DNA from: an uncultured Verrucomicrobia subdivision 3 bacterium
GTDB taxonomy: Bacteria > Verrucomicrobiota > Verrucomicrobiia > Limisphaerales > UBA11358
Length of the DNA: 64,000 bases
Assembly (NCBI GenBank): GCA_903835255.1
Contig: CAILMI010000026.1
Coordinates: 2,740 to 66,739, forward strand
Reading direction: 5' to 3'
Position numbers and translations under genes: made by a program. A model generated the notes under the pieces. It searched no databases, was not told where the DNA came from, and saw only the letters and a list, made by a program, of their open reading frames with translations. Each line of letters opens with the position of its first letter. The first letter of the stretch is position 1. Of the stretch, positions 28,475 to 38,148 are shown piece by piece.

Positions 28475-29703
28475 GCCAGAGACTCAAATCACTACTTCAA
28501 CAGGAGCCGATCGGCGTTACTGGGCTTGGTGTTTTTTCAGCCGCCGGAGGCACGAAAACGGAGTTTTTTAACACCCTTCTTCAGGGGCGCTCCCCGGCAG
28601 TATTTGCATCCATGGACAATCGCCGCATCCCCTTGTGCTGCGCGCCGGAAGCAGACCTGAACCTTGCCGGGTTACGCAAGTTTTCAAAACATGACCGTGC
28701 GGTTCAAATGGCTCTGATTGCCGCTCAACAATCGTGGGAAGAATCCCAACTCGCATCCAAACCGGTTCCTCCAGATCGCATTGCTGTGCTGGTAGGAACT
28801 TCCCGCAGCGTGATTGGAAAAACAATCGCAGCCGCAACCATTCAAAACAGTTCCCAGATTCTGCCCAGCCTGGCTCCCCATTCGACCATTGCGGCGTTGA
28901 GCGGGGCCTTGGGTCAATATTTCGAGACACGCGGACCTGCTTTGACCATTTCAGCCACTTGCGCTTCCACGGGACACGCCATCGCCCTGGCCGCACAGCA
29001 AATTCTCCTAGGGGTGGTGGATGTGGCACTTGTCGGCGGGAGTGAAGCGCCAATTTTGCCCTCGCTAGTCCTCCAAATGCATGCCGCTGGGGTTTTAGGG
29101 TCGCACGAAAGAGCCGAATTGGCTTGCCGACCCTTTTCCGCCTGCCGCAATGGAACCATTATTGGCGAAGGCGCAGGCTTTCTGGTGTTGGAATCATTAC
29201 GCTCAGCCCGCCGCCGCGGAGTCGAAGTTCTGGCGCAATTGACGGGATGGTCAACCGGATCGGATATAACACAACGCACCTCCATCAGCCAAGATGCCGA
29301 ATCCACCCGCCTTAATCTTATGTCCGCACTGGAACTTGCCGACCTGCGACCCCACCAAATCGGTTACGTTCACACCCATGGCACTGGCACCATTATGAAT
29401 GATTTGGCTGAAGCCCGCGCGCTGCATCAGATCTTTGGCGACAAAGTTGCCTGCTCCTCCACGAAAGCGGTTACCGGACATTGCATGGGGGCCTCAGCAG
29501 CCCTCGCATCGGTCACCGCGATTCTCGCCATGAACTCTAGCTGGTTACCCCCCAGCGCCAACTGCTTGAATCCGGACCCGGATTGCAAATTGGATCTAAT
29601 TCGCAACGCCCCCCGCAAAGTCCGACCCGATGCGGTGGTGACGAATTCTTCCGGATTTTGGGGGACGAGTTCCGTGCTGGTTTTTTCACGAGAGAAGAAA
29701 TAG
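28471..29703 (+). CDS. Beta-ketoacyl-ACP synthase II (FabF)-like protein
   Basis: Cys-His-His triad: TISATCAST, HTHGTGT..ND, STKAVTGHCMGA; C-terminal NSSGFWG instead of NSFGFGG; GTG 28471. Confidence 0.85.
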   Translation: MSQRLKSLLQQEPIGVTGLGVFSAAGGTKTEFFNTLLQGRSPAVFASMDNRRIPLCCAPEADLNLAGLRKFSKHDRAVQMALIAAQQSWEESQLASKPVPPDRIAVLVGTSRSVIGKTIAAATIQNSSQILPSLAPHSTIAALSGALGQYFETRGPALTISATCASTGHAIALAAQQILLGVVDVALVGGSEAPILPSLVLQMHAAGVLGSHERAELACRPFSACRNGTIIGEGAGFLVLESLRSARRRGVEVLAQLTGWSTGSDITQRTSISQDAESTRLNLMSALELADLRPHQIGYVHTHGTGTIMNDLAEARALHQIFGDKVACSSTKAVTGHCMGASAALASVTAILAMNSSWLPPSANCLNPDPDCKLDLIRNAPRKVRPDAVVTNSSGFWGTSSVLVFSREKK

Positions 29704-30040
29704 GCCCAACGCCTGTGCCGGCTATCGCCAGCGTCGCAGAACCCAGCAGATATCCTCGGGGCTGTATTAAGGCAATCTGAGGCAAGCCGATTGGATTGGG
29801 GCAGCGCACCACGGCAGCCAGTCGTCATTTTCACATTTACCAAAGAATCCCTCAATTACCTACTGATGAAAGCAGCCTCTTTATGACTTTTACGCTCTGG
29901 GCATAGCTTTTCATTTTTTCATCAGACCATCGCAAAAACTCCCAATAAGGGGTGGGCTCACGAGTTGCCAGGCTTTTGGATTGGTAAACTCAGGTGACGA
30001 CCTTTCTTGCGTATTTACAACGGCGCGACCCCAGCACCCT

Positions 30041-30118
30041 CCACCACACCGACCTCTTGAGCGTCGGGGCAAAGGATAAAGGGGGAGATTTGGGAGTTCT
30101 TTCACCTCCGGTTTTATT
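30041..30118 (+). repeat. Degenerate direct repeat, copy 2 (right flank of lower-GC cassette)
   Basis: Aligns by eye to 25241-25330. Confidence 0.75.
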
Positions 30119-30170
30119 CTATTGCCGGCGCCTCCGGTTTTGCGCAGAGTGCGACAGGGAAAGGAATCAC

Positions 30171-30761
30171 ATGGCCTATAACATTGAACTGGAACTCCAG
30201 AAATTTTCAAAGGCCGTCCCGCTCCGGGACGGCAAAACCGCCACGCTGCGACCGCTCCACGCGGCTGATGAAAAGGGGCTACACCAGCTCTTCCTCGACA
30301 TCCCGGAGCCGGAACGGATGTTCATCAAGCATCGGGTGACCGATCTCAAAGTCATCCATGACTGGTGCCAGCAGATCGATTACGGGCGCAACCTGCCTCT
30401 GGTAGGACTGCTCGGCGGGAAGATTATTGGCGCGGCCACGCTGCATCAGCAGCTGGGCGGCTGGAAACGCCATATTGGACGCGTGAGCGTGCTGGTCCAC
30501 CCCGAATTCCGCGGACGCGGCCTAGCCCGCGCGCTGATCGCCGAGATTCTGGGATTTGCGCGCAGCGAGGGGTTGGAAAAGGTCGAAGCGGAATTCATTG
30601 GGGAGCAGGCGACGGCGATGCACATGTTTGCCATGCTCGGCTTCAGCCAGCTGCTGCGGCTAGAGGATTACGTGAAGGACATGCAGGCCATTTCGCACGA
30701 TTACATCCTGATGGGGCTAGAGCTGAAGACCAACGAGGAATACGCCGGCGTGGGCGGATAA
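30171..30761 (+). CDS. GNAT family N-acetyltransferase
   Basis: VLVHPEFRGRGLARAL acetyl-CoA motif; ATG 30171 after AAAGGA. Confidence 0.85.
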   Translation: MAYNIELELQKFSKAVPLRDGKTATLRPLHAADEKGLHQLFLDIPEPERMFIKHRVTDLKVIHDWCQQIDYGRNLPLVGLLGGKIIGAATLHQQLGGWKRHIGRVSVLVHPEFRGRGLARALIAEILGFARSEGLEKVEAEFIGEQATAMHMFAMLGFSQLLRLEDYVKDMQAISHDYILMGLELKTNEEYAGVGG

Positions 30762-30880
30762 AGGTCATGAGTAATTATTTCTTAGCCCGAATTCCGAAGC
30801 GAGCCTTTGCGGAAAATGGCGGGGCGGGCGGAACAACCTGTGCCAGGTTTTACGCGCCACCCCACTCGCTTCGTCGCCTG

Positions 30881-30913
30881 GCGCTGCGCTCGGCGACCGG
30901 GACAGCGCAGCGC
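30881..30913. repeat. REP-like stem-loop
   Basis: Perfect 10-bp arms GCGCTGCGCT / AGCGCAGCGC with a 13-nt loop, intergenic. Confidence 0.7.
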
Positions 30914-31017
30914 GCCATCCCTGCCCTATTTCGGAGTTCGGGCTTAAACCCGGGAGCCACCGCATCGGGCGGACGGGTTTTCCAACGCGCCCGATTCCAT
31001 CGGCCCCCCTGTCCACC

Positions 31018-31284
31018 ATGACGCCGGAAACCTGCCCAAATTGCGGGGCCCTCCTATCCCCGACGGCGAAGTCCTGCCCCGAATGCGGGTCCGATGAAAA
31101 AACCGGATGGTCCGAGGCGGCGGGAGCGGACCGACTGGACCTGCCGGACGCGCATTTTGATTACGAAGAATTCGTGAGGGAGGAATTCAACCCCAGCGTG
31201 GCCCGCCCCCGGGGACTTCATTGGTTTTGGTGGCTTACTGCCCTACTTCTCATCGCGCTCTTCCTGCTTTTCTGTCTCCATTGA
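31018..31284 (+). CDS. Small zinc-ribbon membrane protein
   Basis: CPNCG...CPECG, C-terminal TM helix. Confidence 0.75.
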   Translation: MTPETCPNCGALLSPTAKSCPECGSDEKTGWSEAAGADRLDLPDAHFDYEEFVREEFNPSVARPRGLHWFWWLTALLLIALFLLFCLH

Positions 31285-31296
31285 GGTTGAGCCTGG

Positions 31297-31327
31297 AAAA
31301 AAAGCCCGCTCAAAATGAGCGGGCTTT
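31297..31327 (-). terminator. Intrinsic terminator of the ribosomal/alpha operon (probably bidirectional)
   Basis: AAAGCCCGCTCA-AAA-TGAGCGGGCTTT with flanking A tract, between convergent genes. Confidence 0.85.
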
Positions 31328-31366
31328 GAATTGTCAAAAGAATGACGGGGATTACTTCTTGCAGAA

Positions 31367-31789
31367 TTACTTCTTGGTTTCGGGCTTGGCTTCGACCGCC
31401 GGAGCGGGTTCGGCGGCCGCGGGGGCTTCCGCCACAAAATCCACCCATTCCAAAATGGCGCGCTGGGCGGCATCGCCGTTGCGCTGATTCATCTTGATGA
31501 TGCGGGTGTAACCGCCCTTGCGGTCTTTGAAAGCAGGGGCAATGTCCTTGAACAGGATCTTGGCCGCATCTTCCTGATGCAGGCGGGCCACCGCGAGGCG
31601 GCGATCATGAATGGTGCCTTTCTTGCCGAGCGTGACCATTTTTTCAGCGACCGAGCGGGCGGCTTTAGCCTTGGCCAGAGTCGTGGTGATCCGCTTGTGC
31701 AGGATGAGGCTGCAGACCATGTTGGCAAGCATCGCATTGCGGTGCTCGGACGTGCGGCCCAGTTTGGCCGTTCTTTTAAGATGACGCAT
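31367..31789 (-). CDS. rplQ: 50S ribosomal protein L17
   Basis: MRHLKRTAKLGRTSEHR, GGYTRI. Confidence 0.97.
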   Translation of the reverse strand: MRHLKRTAKLGRTSEHRNAMLANMVCSLILHKRITTTLAKAKAARSVAEKMVTLGKKGTIHDRRLAVARLHQEDAAKILFKDIAPAFKDRKGGYTRIIKMNQRNGDAAQRAILEWVDFVAEAPAAAEPAPAVEAKPETKK

Positions 31790-31798
31790 ATGCTTTCC

Positions 31799-32815
31799 TT
31801 ACTCGGCTTTCTGTTCTTCCTTCGGAGTGTTGTCAATCAGCCCAGGCTCGAAGCTCATGCCCAAGGCCAGACCCAGCGCGGTCAGCTTGTCTTTGATTTC
31901 ATTCAAGGACTTCTTGCCGAAATTGCGGTATTTGAGCATCTCCTGCTCACTCTTCATCGCCAGCTGGCCGACGGAGGTGATGTTGGCGTTGTTTAGGCAG
32001 TTGGCGGCGCGCACGCTCAATTCGATCTCGTTGACGCTCATGGCCAGCAGCTTTTTCTTCTTGGAATGTTCCTCGTCCTGCTTGTCAGCAGCCTCTTCAA
32101 ATTCCACCGCGTTTTTGTCGTAGCCGACAAATACCTCGAGGTGTTTTGACAAAATGGCTGAGGACTGGGTGAGCACGTCATCGGGCGTCAGGCGGCCGTC
32201 GGTCCAGACTTCCAAGACCAGGCGGTCGTAGTCGGTGCGATTGCCCACGCGGGCGGCTTCCACAGCATAACGCACGCGGCTGACCGGAGAGAACAGGGAG
32301 TCAATGGCCACCACGCCGATGGCCTGGCCGGACTTCTTGTTTTCGTCGCTCGGACAAAAACCGCGGCCGACCTTGACGGTCAGCTCCATCTCAAACTTTT
32401 TCTTTTTATCCAGCGTACAGATCAGCTGGGTCGGATTAACCACCTCGAGGTTCTGATTAGTCTGGATGTCGGCGGCGGTCACAGCGCCCTCGCGGTTGAC
32501 GGAGAGAAGCAGCGTCTGCTCGTCGCGGGTGTGGGCTTTAAATTTCACCTTCTTCAGGTTCAGCACGATGTCCGTCATGTCTTCCACCACGCCTTCGATG
32601 GTGGCAAACTCATGCATGGCGCCGTCCACCTTCAGGGAGGTGATGGCCGCGCCCTCCAGCGAGGAGAGCAGCACGCGGCGAAGGGAGTTCCCGACGGTGT
32701 GGCCGTACCCGGTTTCAAAGGGATCGGCGACAAATTTAGCGTAGGTGGCAGTGGCCGAGGCTTCGTCCTTCTGCAACCGCTTCGGCATTTCAAAACGTCC
32801 AAGTCTGACTGGCAT
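31799..32815 (-). CDS. rpoA: RNA polymerase alpha subunit
   Basis: GYGHTVGNSLRRVLLSS, RTDYDRL, ELSVRAANCL, NFGKKSL. Confidence 0.98.
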   Translation of the reverse strand: MPVRLGRFEMPKRLQKDEASATATYAKFVADPFETGYGHTVGNSLRRVLLSSLEGAAITSLKVDGAMHEFATIEGVVEDMTDIVLNLKKVKFKAHTRDEQTLLLSVNREGAVTAADIQTNQNLEVVNPTQLICTLDKKKKFEMELTVKVGRGFCPSDENKKSGQAIGVVAIDSLFSPVSRVRYAVEAARVGNRTDYDRLVLEVWTDGRLTPDDVLTQSSAILSKHLEVFVGYDKNAVEFEEAADKQDEEHSKKKKLLAMSVNEIELSVRAANCLNNANITSVGQLAMKSEQEMLKYRNFGKKSLNEIKDKLTALGLALGMSFEPGLIDNTPKEEQKAE

Positions 32816-32922
32816 AATGTTCCTTCAACAATTTTAATCTGATTCCGTCGGCCATTATTCCCGCAGCCAACGGAACCCGTTTAATTGTTTTTTTGTCCCG
32901 CACCCGCGGGACGGGTTTAGGG

Positions 32923-33531
32923 TTAACGGGAATAAAATTCGACGACGGCCTGTTCGTTGGCGATCGGCTGGATTTCGTCGCGGGTCGGGATGCGCATGAC
33001 CACGCCCTTGAACTCTTCCTTGTTCAGGGACAACCAGTCCGGCACGGCGCGGCTGGTGGTGACTTCCATGTTTTTGGTCGCCAGCTGGCGCGACACGTTG
33101 TGATTCTTGACGGCGATCACATCATTCACCTTCAGGGCATAGGAGGGGATGTTGACCTTGCGGCCTTTGACGGTGATGTGGCCATGGCAGACCATCTGGC
33201 GGGCGGCGGCGCGGGTGTTGGCTAATCCGAGGTGGAACACCACGTTGTCCAAGCGGGTCTCCAGGATTTGGAGCATCTGCTCGCCGGTGACGCCGCGGCG
33301 GCGGAGGGCTTTTTCATACACGCCACGGAACTGCTTTTCCATGAGGCCGTAGAAATAACGGAACTTCTGCTTCTCGATCAGGCCCAGGCCATAATCGGTC
33401 GTCTTGCGGCGCGACTTCGGCCCGTGAACACCGGGACCGTAGTTGCGGCGTTCAAGATATTTCGTCGGGCCGAAAATCGGAATTCCGAAACGGCGGCTGA
33501 TGCGGACGCGGGGACCTGTATAACGAGCCAT
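32923..33531 (-). CDS. rpsD: 30S ribosomal protein S4
   Basis: MARYTGP, ETRLDNVV, VNIPSY. Confidence 0.98.
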   Translation of the reverse strand: MARYTGPRVRISRRFGIPIFGPTKYLERRNYGPGVHGPKSRRKTTDYGLGLIEKQKFRYFYGLMEKQFRGVYEKALRRRGVTGEQMLQILETRLDNVVFHLGLANTRAAARQMVCHGHITVKGRKVNIPSYALKVNDVIAVKNHNVSRQLATKNMEVTTSRAVPDWLSLNKEEFKGVVMRIPTRDEIQPIANEQAVVEFYSR

Positions 33532-33533
33532 GT

Positions 33534-33569
33534 TTTAGTTGAGAGTTGAGCGTTGAGAGTTGGGTTGAT
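33534..33569. repeat. Heptamer tandem repeat (GTTGAGA/GTTGAGC) between rpsK and rpsD
   Basis: gttgaga gttgagc gttgaga gttgggt visible. Confidence 0.7.
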
Positions 33570-34111
33570 TACACGCGGCGCTTCTTGCGCGGACGGCAGC
33601 CGTTGTGGGGGATGGGCGTCACGTCTTTGATCGTGCTGATTTCCAAGCCGATAGCCTGGAGGGCGCGGATGGCGGATTCGCGGCCCGAGCCGGGGCCTTT
33701 GACCCGGATTTCAACTTCCTTCATTCCATGGGCCATGGCCTGACGGGCGGCGTCTTGGGCCACCTGCTGCGCTGCATAGGCCGTGCTTTTGCGGGAGCCT
33801 TTGAAACCGACCCGGCCGGCGCTGGACCAGCCGATGAGGTTACCCTGAGCGTCGGTGATGGTGACCTGCGTATTATTGAAGGTGGCCAAGATGTTAGCGA
33901 TGCCCGAGACGACGTTTTTAGCGTGCTTGGCCTTGACAATCTTCTTGGCGTTGACGTCCTCGCCCAAAAGTTCGGCGGCGGTGGGTGCCGCAACCGTGGC
34001 GGGGGTTTCCGCAATTGCAGCGGTTGCCGGAAGCACAGCTTTTTCCGCGGCTTCAGCCGCGGGCTTTGCATCTTTTTTGGGAGCGGATTTCTTTTTAATT
34101 TCTTCGGCCAT
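33569..34111 (-). CDS. rpsK: 30S ribosomal protein S11 with N-terminal extension
   Basis: [35 protein letters not shown]; ATG 34111. Confidence 0.97.
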   Translation of the reverse strand: MAEEIKKKSAPKKDAKPAAEAAEKAVLPATAAIAETPATVAAPTAAELLGEDVNAKKIVKAKHAKNVVSGIANILATFNNTQVTITDAQGNLIGWSSAGRVGFKGSRKSTAYAAQQVAQDAARQAMAHGMKEVEIRVKGPGSGRESAIRALQAIGLEISTIKDVTPIPHNGCRPRKKRRV

Positions 34112-34129
34112 AATCAACAATTCAGAGGG

Positions 34130-34525
34130 TTAGGTGATGCCAGCTTTAGCGTTGGCATTGCGCTGCACGCCGACCGTCTTGCGCGGACCCTTGCGGGTAC
34201 GGGCGTTGGTCTGAGTGCGCTGACCGCGCACCGGCAGGCTGCGCATGTGACGGACGCCGCGGTAGCATTTGATGCCCTGCAAGCGCTTGAGATTCATGCC
34301 CAGTTCGCGGCGCAGGTCGCCCTCGATGACATATTTGCCGTCCTGGATCGCGTGCACAATCTGGGAGAGCTGCTGCTCAGTCAGATCCTTGGCCCGGATG
34401 GCGGGATCGATGTTAGCGCGCTCCAGGACCTCCCGGGCGTTGACTGGGCCGATGCCATAGATGTAGCGCAGCGCGATGTCGATGCGCTTGTTGGGCGGAA
34501 CTTCCACTCCGATGATACGTGCCAT
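34130..34525 (-). CDS. rpsM: 30S ribosomal protein S13
   Basis: [25 protein letters not shown]. Confidence 0.98.
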   Translation of the reverse strand: MARIIGVEVPPNKRIDIALRYIYGIGPVNAREVLERANIDPAIRAKDLTEQQLSQIVHAIQDGKYVIEGDLRRELGMNLKRLQGIKCYRGVRHMRSLPVRGQRTQTNARTRKGPRKTVGVQRNANAKAGIT

Positions 34526-34534
34526 AAAATTAAA

Positions 34535-34648
34535 TCAGCCCTGACGTTGTTTGTGACGTTTATTCGAGCAGATGACGCGGATGACGCCCCGGCGTTTCAC
34601 GATCTTGCAGTGCTCGCACAATTTTTTTACCGACGCTCGAACTTTCAT
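34535..34648 (-). CDS. rpmJ: 50S ribosomal protein L36 (not in ORF track)
   Basis: Hand translation [37 protein letters not shown]. Confidence 0.97.
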   Translation of the reverse strand: MKVRASVKKLCEHCKIVKRRGVIRVICSNKRHKQRQG

Positions 34649-34651
34649 TTT

Positions 34652-34870
34652 CTAAATCGTTTTGTTTTCCGGCAAAATTCGCCCCACTGACAGGTCGTAA
34701 GGCGTCAATTGCAATGTTACTGTTTCACCCGGTGCCAGCCCGGCAAATCCCGGCTTCGCCCGGCCCGCCACAAAGGCCAGCAGGCGGTGGCCGTTGGCCA
34801 GCTCCACCTCGAACGTGTGGGGCGACCGCGGCCCGATCACGACCCCTTCAACACAGAAGGCGTCTGCCAT
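34652..34870 (-). CDS. infA: Translation initiation factor IF-1-like protein, divergent
   Basis: VEGVV...FEVELANGH...PYDLSVGRI; syntenic position between map and rpmJ. Confidence 0.7.
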   Translation of the reverse strand: MADAFCVEGVVIGPRSPHTFEVELANGHRLLAFVAGRAKPGFAGLAPGETVTLQLTPYDLSVGRILPENKTI

Positions 34871-35619
34871 GTCAAAATCTCCGGTTCACCCCCGGTGACT
34901 AGCACCGTATGCTCAAAATGGGCTGATAGTGAACCATCCCGCGTCACCACTGTCCAGCCGTCTTTCAAAATTTTTACGTCTGCAGCCCCCGCATTGACCA
35001 TCGGCTCAATCGCCAGCGTCATGCCCGGCCGCAGTTTCTGGTCCATCTTGCCGTCCACAAAATTAGGAATCTGCGGCTCTTCATGCAACGAACGACCCAC
35101 GCCGTGACCCACAAATTCCCGGACGACACTGAAGCCGTGACCCTCGACATAGCCCTGAATCGCGCGCGAGATGTCGGACACCCGGTTGCCCGCAACTGCC
35201 GCCGCAATGCCCAGCGCCAGAGATTTTTCAGTCACGTCCATCAACTGCTGGGCCAAAACGCCGCACCCGCCCACTGCCATCGTCCAGGCGGTGTCGCCGA
35301 TAAAACCGCGGTACACCACGCCCACGTCCACGCTGACAATGTCGCCAAACCGGAGTTCGCGGTCATTGGCCAGTCCGTGCACGACTTCTTCATTCACCGA
35401 AATGCATGTCTGGCACGGGTACTTGCGGTACCCCAGAAACGCGCTTTTGGCCCCGTGCGCTGCCATCCGTTCGCCGGCAAACCGGTCCACCTGATTAGTG
35501 GTCACCCCCGGGCGAATAAACCCAAGGATTTCAGCCAATACTTTGCCCGCCACTGCGCCGGCCAAACGCATCGCCTCCAAATCCGCGCCGCTCTTGAGGA
35601 TAATCTTCTCCACAAACAC
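34837..35619 (-). CDS. map: Methionine aminopeptidase type I
   Basis: SVNEEVVHG, GHGVGRSLHEEP, AIEPMV, SAHFEHT. Confidence 0.96.
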   Translation of the reverse strand: MFVEKIILKSGADLEAMRLAGAVAGKVLAEILGFIRPGVTTNQVDRFAGERMAAHGAKSAFLGYRKYPCQTCISVNEEVVHGLANDRELRFGDIVSVDVGVVYRGFIGDTAWTMAVGGCGVLAQQLMDVTEKSLALGIAAAVAGNRVSDISRAIQGYVEGHGFSVVREFVGHGVGRSLHEEPQIPNFVDGKMDQKLRPGMTLAIEPMVNAGAADVKILKDGWTVVTRDGSLSAHFEHTVLVTGGEPEILTWQTPSVLKGS

Positions 35620-35622
35620 CGC

Positions 35623-37017
35623 TTAAAGACGGCCGCGCACCCGACCCTTTTTCAGGAAACCGTCGTAATGGCGCATCAGCAGGTGCGATTCAATCTGGCG
35701 CATCGTGTCCAGCAATACCCCGACGGCGATCAGCACGCTGGTGCCGCCGAAAAACTGGGACACATTCTGCGGAATATTCATTTCCTTCGAGAGGATTATG
35801 GGGATGGTGGCAATCACGGTCAGGAAAATGGCCCCCGCCAGCGTGATCCGGCTCATTGCCTTGTGCAGGTAGTCACTGGTCCCCTGCCCTGGGCGGACGC
35901 CGGGGATGTAGCCGCCGTTCTTCTTCAAATCATCCGCGATCTGCAATTCGTTGAACTGGGTGGCCACCCAGAAATACGAGAAGAACAGGATCATCACCGC
36001 ATAGAAAGCCAGATAGGGGACCGAGCCGGGATTGAGAGCCTGGGCGATGCCGAGGAAGATGTTTTTCAAGAACGGCTGGCTCACGAAATTTCCGAGATGT
36101 AAAAAGATCGGCTGGGGGAACATCAAAATGGATTGAGCGAAAATAATCGGCATCACGCCAGCGTAATTGACCTTGAGCGGCATGAAAGACGTTCCCCCTG
36201 CGTACATCTTGCGTCCGACAGCCCGCTGCGCGTACTGCACGGGGATCTTGCGCTGAGCCTGGGTGACGGCAATCACCCCTGCCACCACGCTGACCAGGAG
36301 CAGAATCATCACCGAACCCGTCCCGATCAGGTGCGGGTGGTTATCGCCGCCGCCGGTGGGGAAAAACATATCCTGGAGCCCAGTGACTGCCAAGGGGAGG
36401 CGGGCGACAATGCCGATGGTGATGATTAGAGAAATGCCGTTGCCAATGCCGCGCTCGGTGATCTGCTCGCCCAGCCACATAAGAAGCATGGTGGCCGTGG
36501 TCATGATCAACACCGTCTGAATGCGATACCACCAGATATGATCCAGATCATAAATGAGGGGACGGCCGATGCCGGGAAACAGTTTTTCAGGGTTTTCCCA
36601 GCCGATGGCAAAAAACAGTCCTTGGGCCAAGCAGAGCAGCACGGTCAGGTAGCGGCCGTATTGGATGATTTTGGCGCGCCCGCCCTCTTCCCGCGCCAGC
36701 TTGCTCAATTTTGGCCAGACCGCCGTGAGCAGCTGGATGATGATGGTCGCGCTGATGTAGGGCATGATGCCCAGCGTTCCCATGGCGCAATGCTCCAGTG
36801 CCCCGCCGGCAAAGGTGTTGTACATCCCGAGCATCCCGCCGCCGTTTTGCGAATGGCTGGCAAAATAAGTTTGAAGCGCATTCCCATCCAAACCCGGCAG
36901 CCGGATCCAGGCGATCAGGCGGGCCACGAAAAGCACTCCCAGCGTGAACAAAATCCGGGACTTAAGTTCCGGAATCTTGACGCAGTTGCCGAACGTGTTG
37001 AGGATGGAGCGGAACAT
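35623..37017 (-). CDS. secY: Preprotein translocase SecY
   Basis: LGIMPYISATII, GIGNGISLII, GVMPIIFA, IPGVRPG, GGTSVLIAVGV. Confidence 0.98.
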   Translation of the reverse strand: MFRSILNTFGNCVKIPELKSRILFTLGVLFVARLIAWIRLPGLDGNALQTYFASHSQNGGGMLGMYNTFAGGALEHCAMGTLGIMPYISATIIIQLLTAVWPKLSKLAREEGGRAKIIQYGRYLTVLLCLAQGLFFAIGWENPEKLFPGIGRPLIYDLDHIWWYRIQTVLIMTTATMLLMWLGEQITERGIGNGISLIITIGIVARLPLAVTGLQDMFFPTGGGDNHPHLIGTGSVMILLLVSVVAGVIAVTQAQRKIPVQYAQRAVGRKMYAGGTSFMPLKVNYAGVMPIIFAQSILMFPQPIFLHLGNFVSQPFLKNIFLGIAQALNPGSVPYLAFYAVMILFFSYFWVATQFNELQIADDLKKNGGYIPGVRPGQGTSDYLHKAMSRITLAGAIFLTVIATIPIILSKEMNIPQNVSQFFGGTSVLIAVGVLLDTMRQIESHLLMRHYDGFLKKGRVRGRL

Positions 37018-37031
37018 GAATGAATGCTGCG

Positions 37032-37505
37032 TCAGGCCTTGGCCGCCGAGACAGATTTACGGGCAGCCACCTCGCAGGTGCCGCCCTTGGCCTCAATCTT
37101 AGCACGGGCCGAAGCGCTGAAGGCACTGGCAATCACGGTCAGTTTTTTGGATAACTCCCCGTTGCCCAGAATCTTGACGCCGTCCGACCGGCCGTTGGAA
37201 AGGCCCACCGCCTGCAATGCCAGCTCGTCCACCCGCGCCCCGTCCTCAAACCGGTTGAGGTCGGAGACGTTGACACCGTTGTATTGTGTGGTGAACCGGG
37301 CGTTGTTGAAACCGCGCTTGGGCATGCGGCGGATCAGCGGCATCTGGCCGCCTTCGAAGCCGATGCGGATGGAGCTGCCGGAACGGGCCGTCTGGCCCTT
37401 GCCGCCGCGGCCGGCGGTTTTTCCGCGCCCGCTGGATTCGCCCTGGCCCAGACGCTTGGTGCGGTGTTTGGAGCCGGGACGGGGTTTAAGATTGTGCAGT
37501 CGCAT
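37032..37505 (-). CDS. rplO: 50S ribosomal protein L15
   Basis: GKTAGRGGKGQ, FEGGQMPL..R.PKRGF. Confidence 0.98.
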   Translation of the reverse strand: MRLHNLKPRPGSKHRTKRLGQGESSGRGKTAGRGGKGQTARSGSSIRIGFEGGQMPLIRRMPKRGFNNARFTTQYNGVNVSDLNRFEDGARVDELALQAVGLSNGRSDGVKILGNGELSKKLTVIASAFSASARAKIEAKGGTCEVAARKSVSAAKA

Positions 37506-37519
37506 AATAAATTAAGAAA

Positions 37520-38134
37520 TCAAGCCGTTGCCGGGATCGTTTCCGGGGCCTTAGGGGCCTCCACTTTTCTCATTTCCAGCCCGCGGCTTTTATAGATGGT
37601 TTCCCGCAGGCGCATGCTCAGCAGACCCTTGAGCGTGGCCTTGACGACGTTGGCAGCGTTTTTGGACCCGAGCGATTTGGTCAGCACATCCTTCACACCG
37701 ACGGATTCCAGGACGGCGCGGACTTTTTTGCCGGCGATAATTCCAGTTCCGGGCGAGGCCGGGCGCAGCAGCACTTTGGCGCCGCCGTAAGAACAATACG
37801 CTTCATGCGGAATGGTCGTGTCCTTGAGGGCCACCAGCACCATCTGGGCCCGGGCGACTTCGCCGCCGCGCCGGATGGCATCCGCGACTTCCGCAGCTTT
37901 GCCCAAACCGACTCCGACACGTCCTTTTTTGTCGCCCACCACTACTAGAGCGCCGAAACTGAAACGGCGTCCGCCCTTCACAACCTTGGCGGAGCGGTTA
38001 ATGAAGACGACCTTCTCGACCAGATCTTCGCCACCAGCGCCAAAGGAATTGGGACGATCGCCCGGAGGTTTGCGGCGGCCGCGATGTTGCTGGCCGCGTT
38101 GCCCGTCACCACCCGATTTATTGATTTCAGCCAC
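37520..38134 (-). CDS. rpsE: 30S ribosomal protein S5
   Basis: [27 protein letters not shown]. Confidence 0.98.
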   Translation of the reverse strand: MAEINKSGGDGQRGQQHRGRRKPPGDRPNSFGAGGEDLVEKVVFINRSAKVVKGGRRFSFGALVVVGDKKGRVGVGLGKAAEVADAIRRGGEVARAQMVLVALKDTTIPHEAYCSYGGAKVLLRPASPGTGIIAGKKVRAVLESVGVKDVLTKSLGSKNAANVVKATLKGLLSMRLRETIYKSRGLEMRKVEAPKAPETIPATA

Positions 38135-38148
38135 AGTATTTATTCAGG

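Noticed and set aside
29704-30040. Hidden gene or pseudogene downstream of the KAS gene
   Set aside because: Short open stretches translate to nothing I can recognise
32894-32911. GTCCCGC-ACCC-GCGGGAC hairpin between rpsD and rpoA as a terminator
   Set aside because: On the coding (minus) strand it is followed by an A tract rather than a U tract, so it is not an intrinsic terminator for the operon
37505-37520. Absence of rpmD (L30) between rpsE and rplO, and of adk after secY
   Set aside because: Real, but both are common lineage-level losses or relocations and not remarkable here
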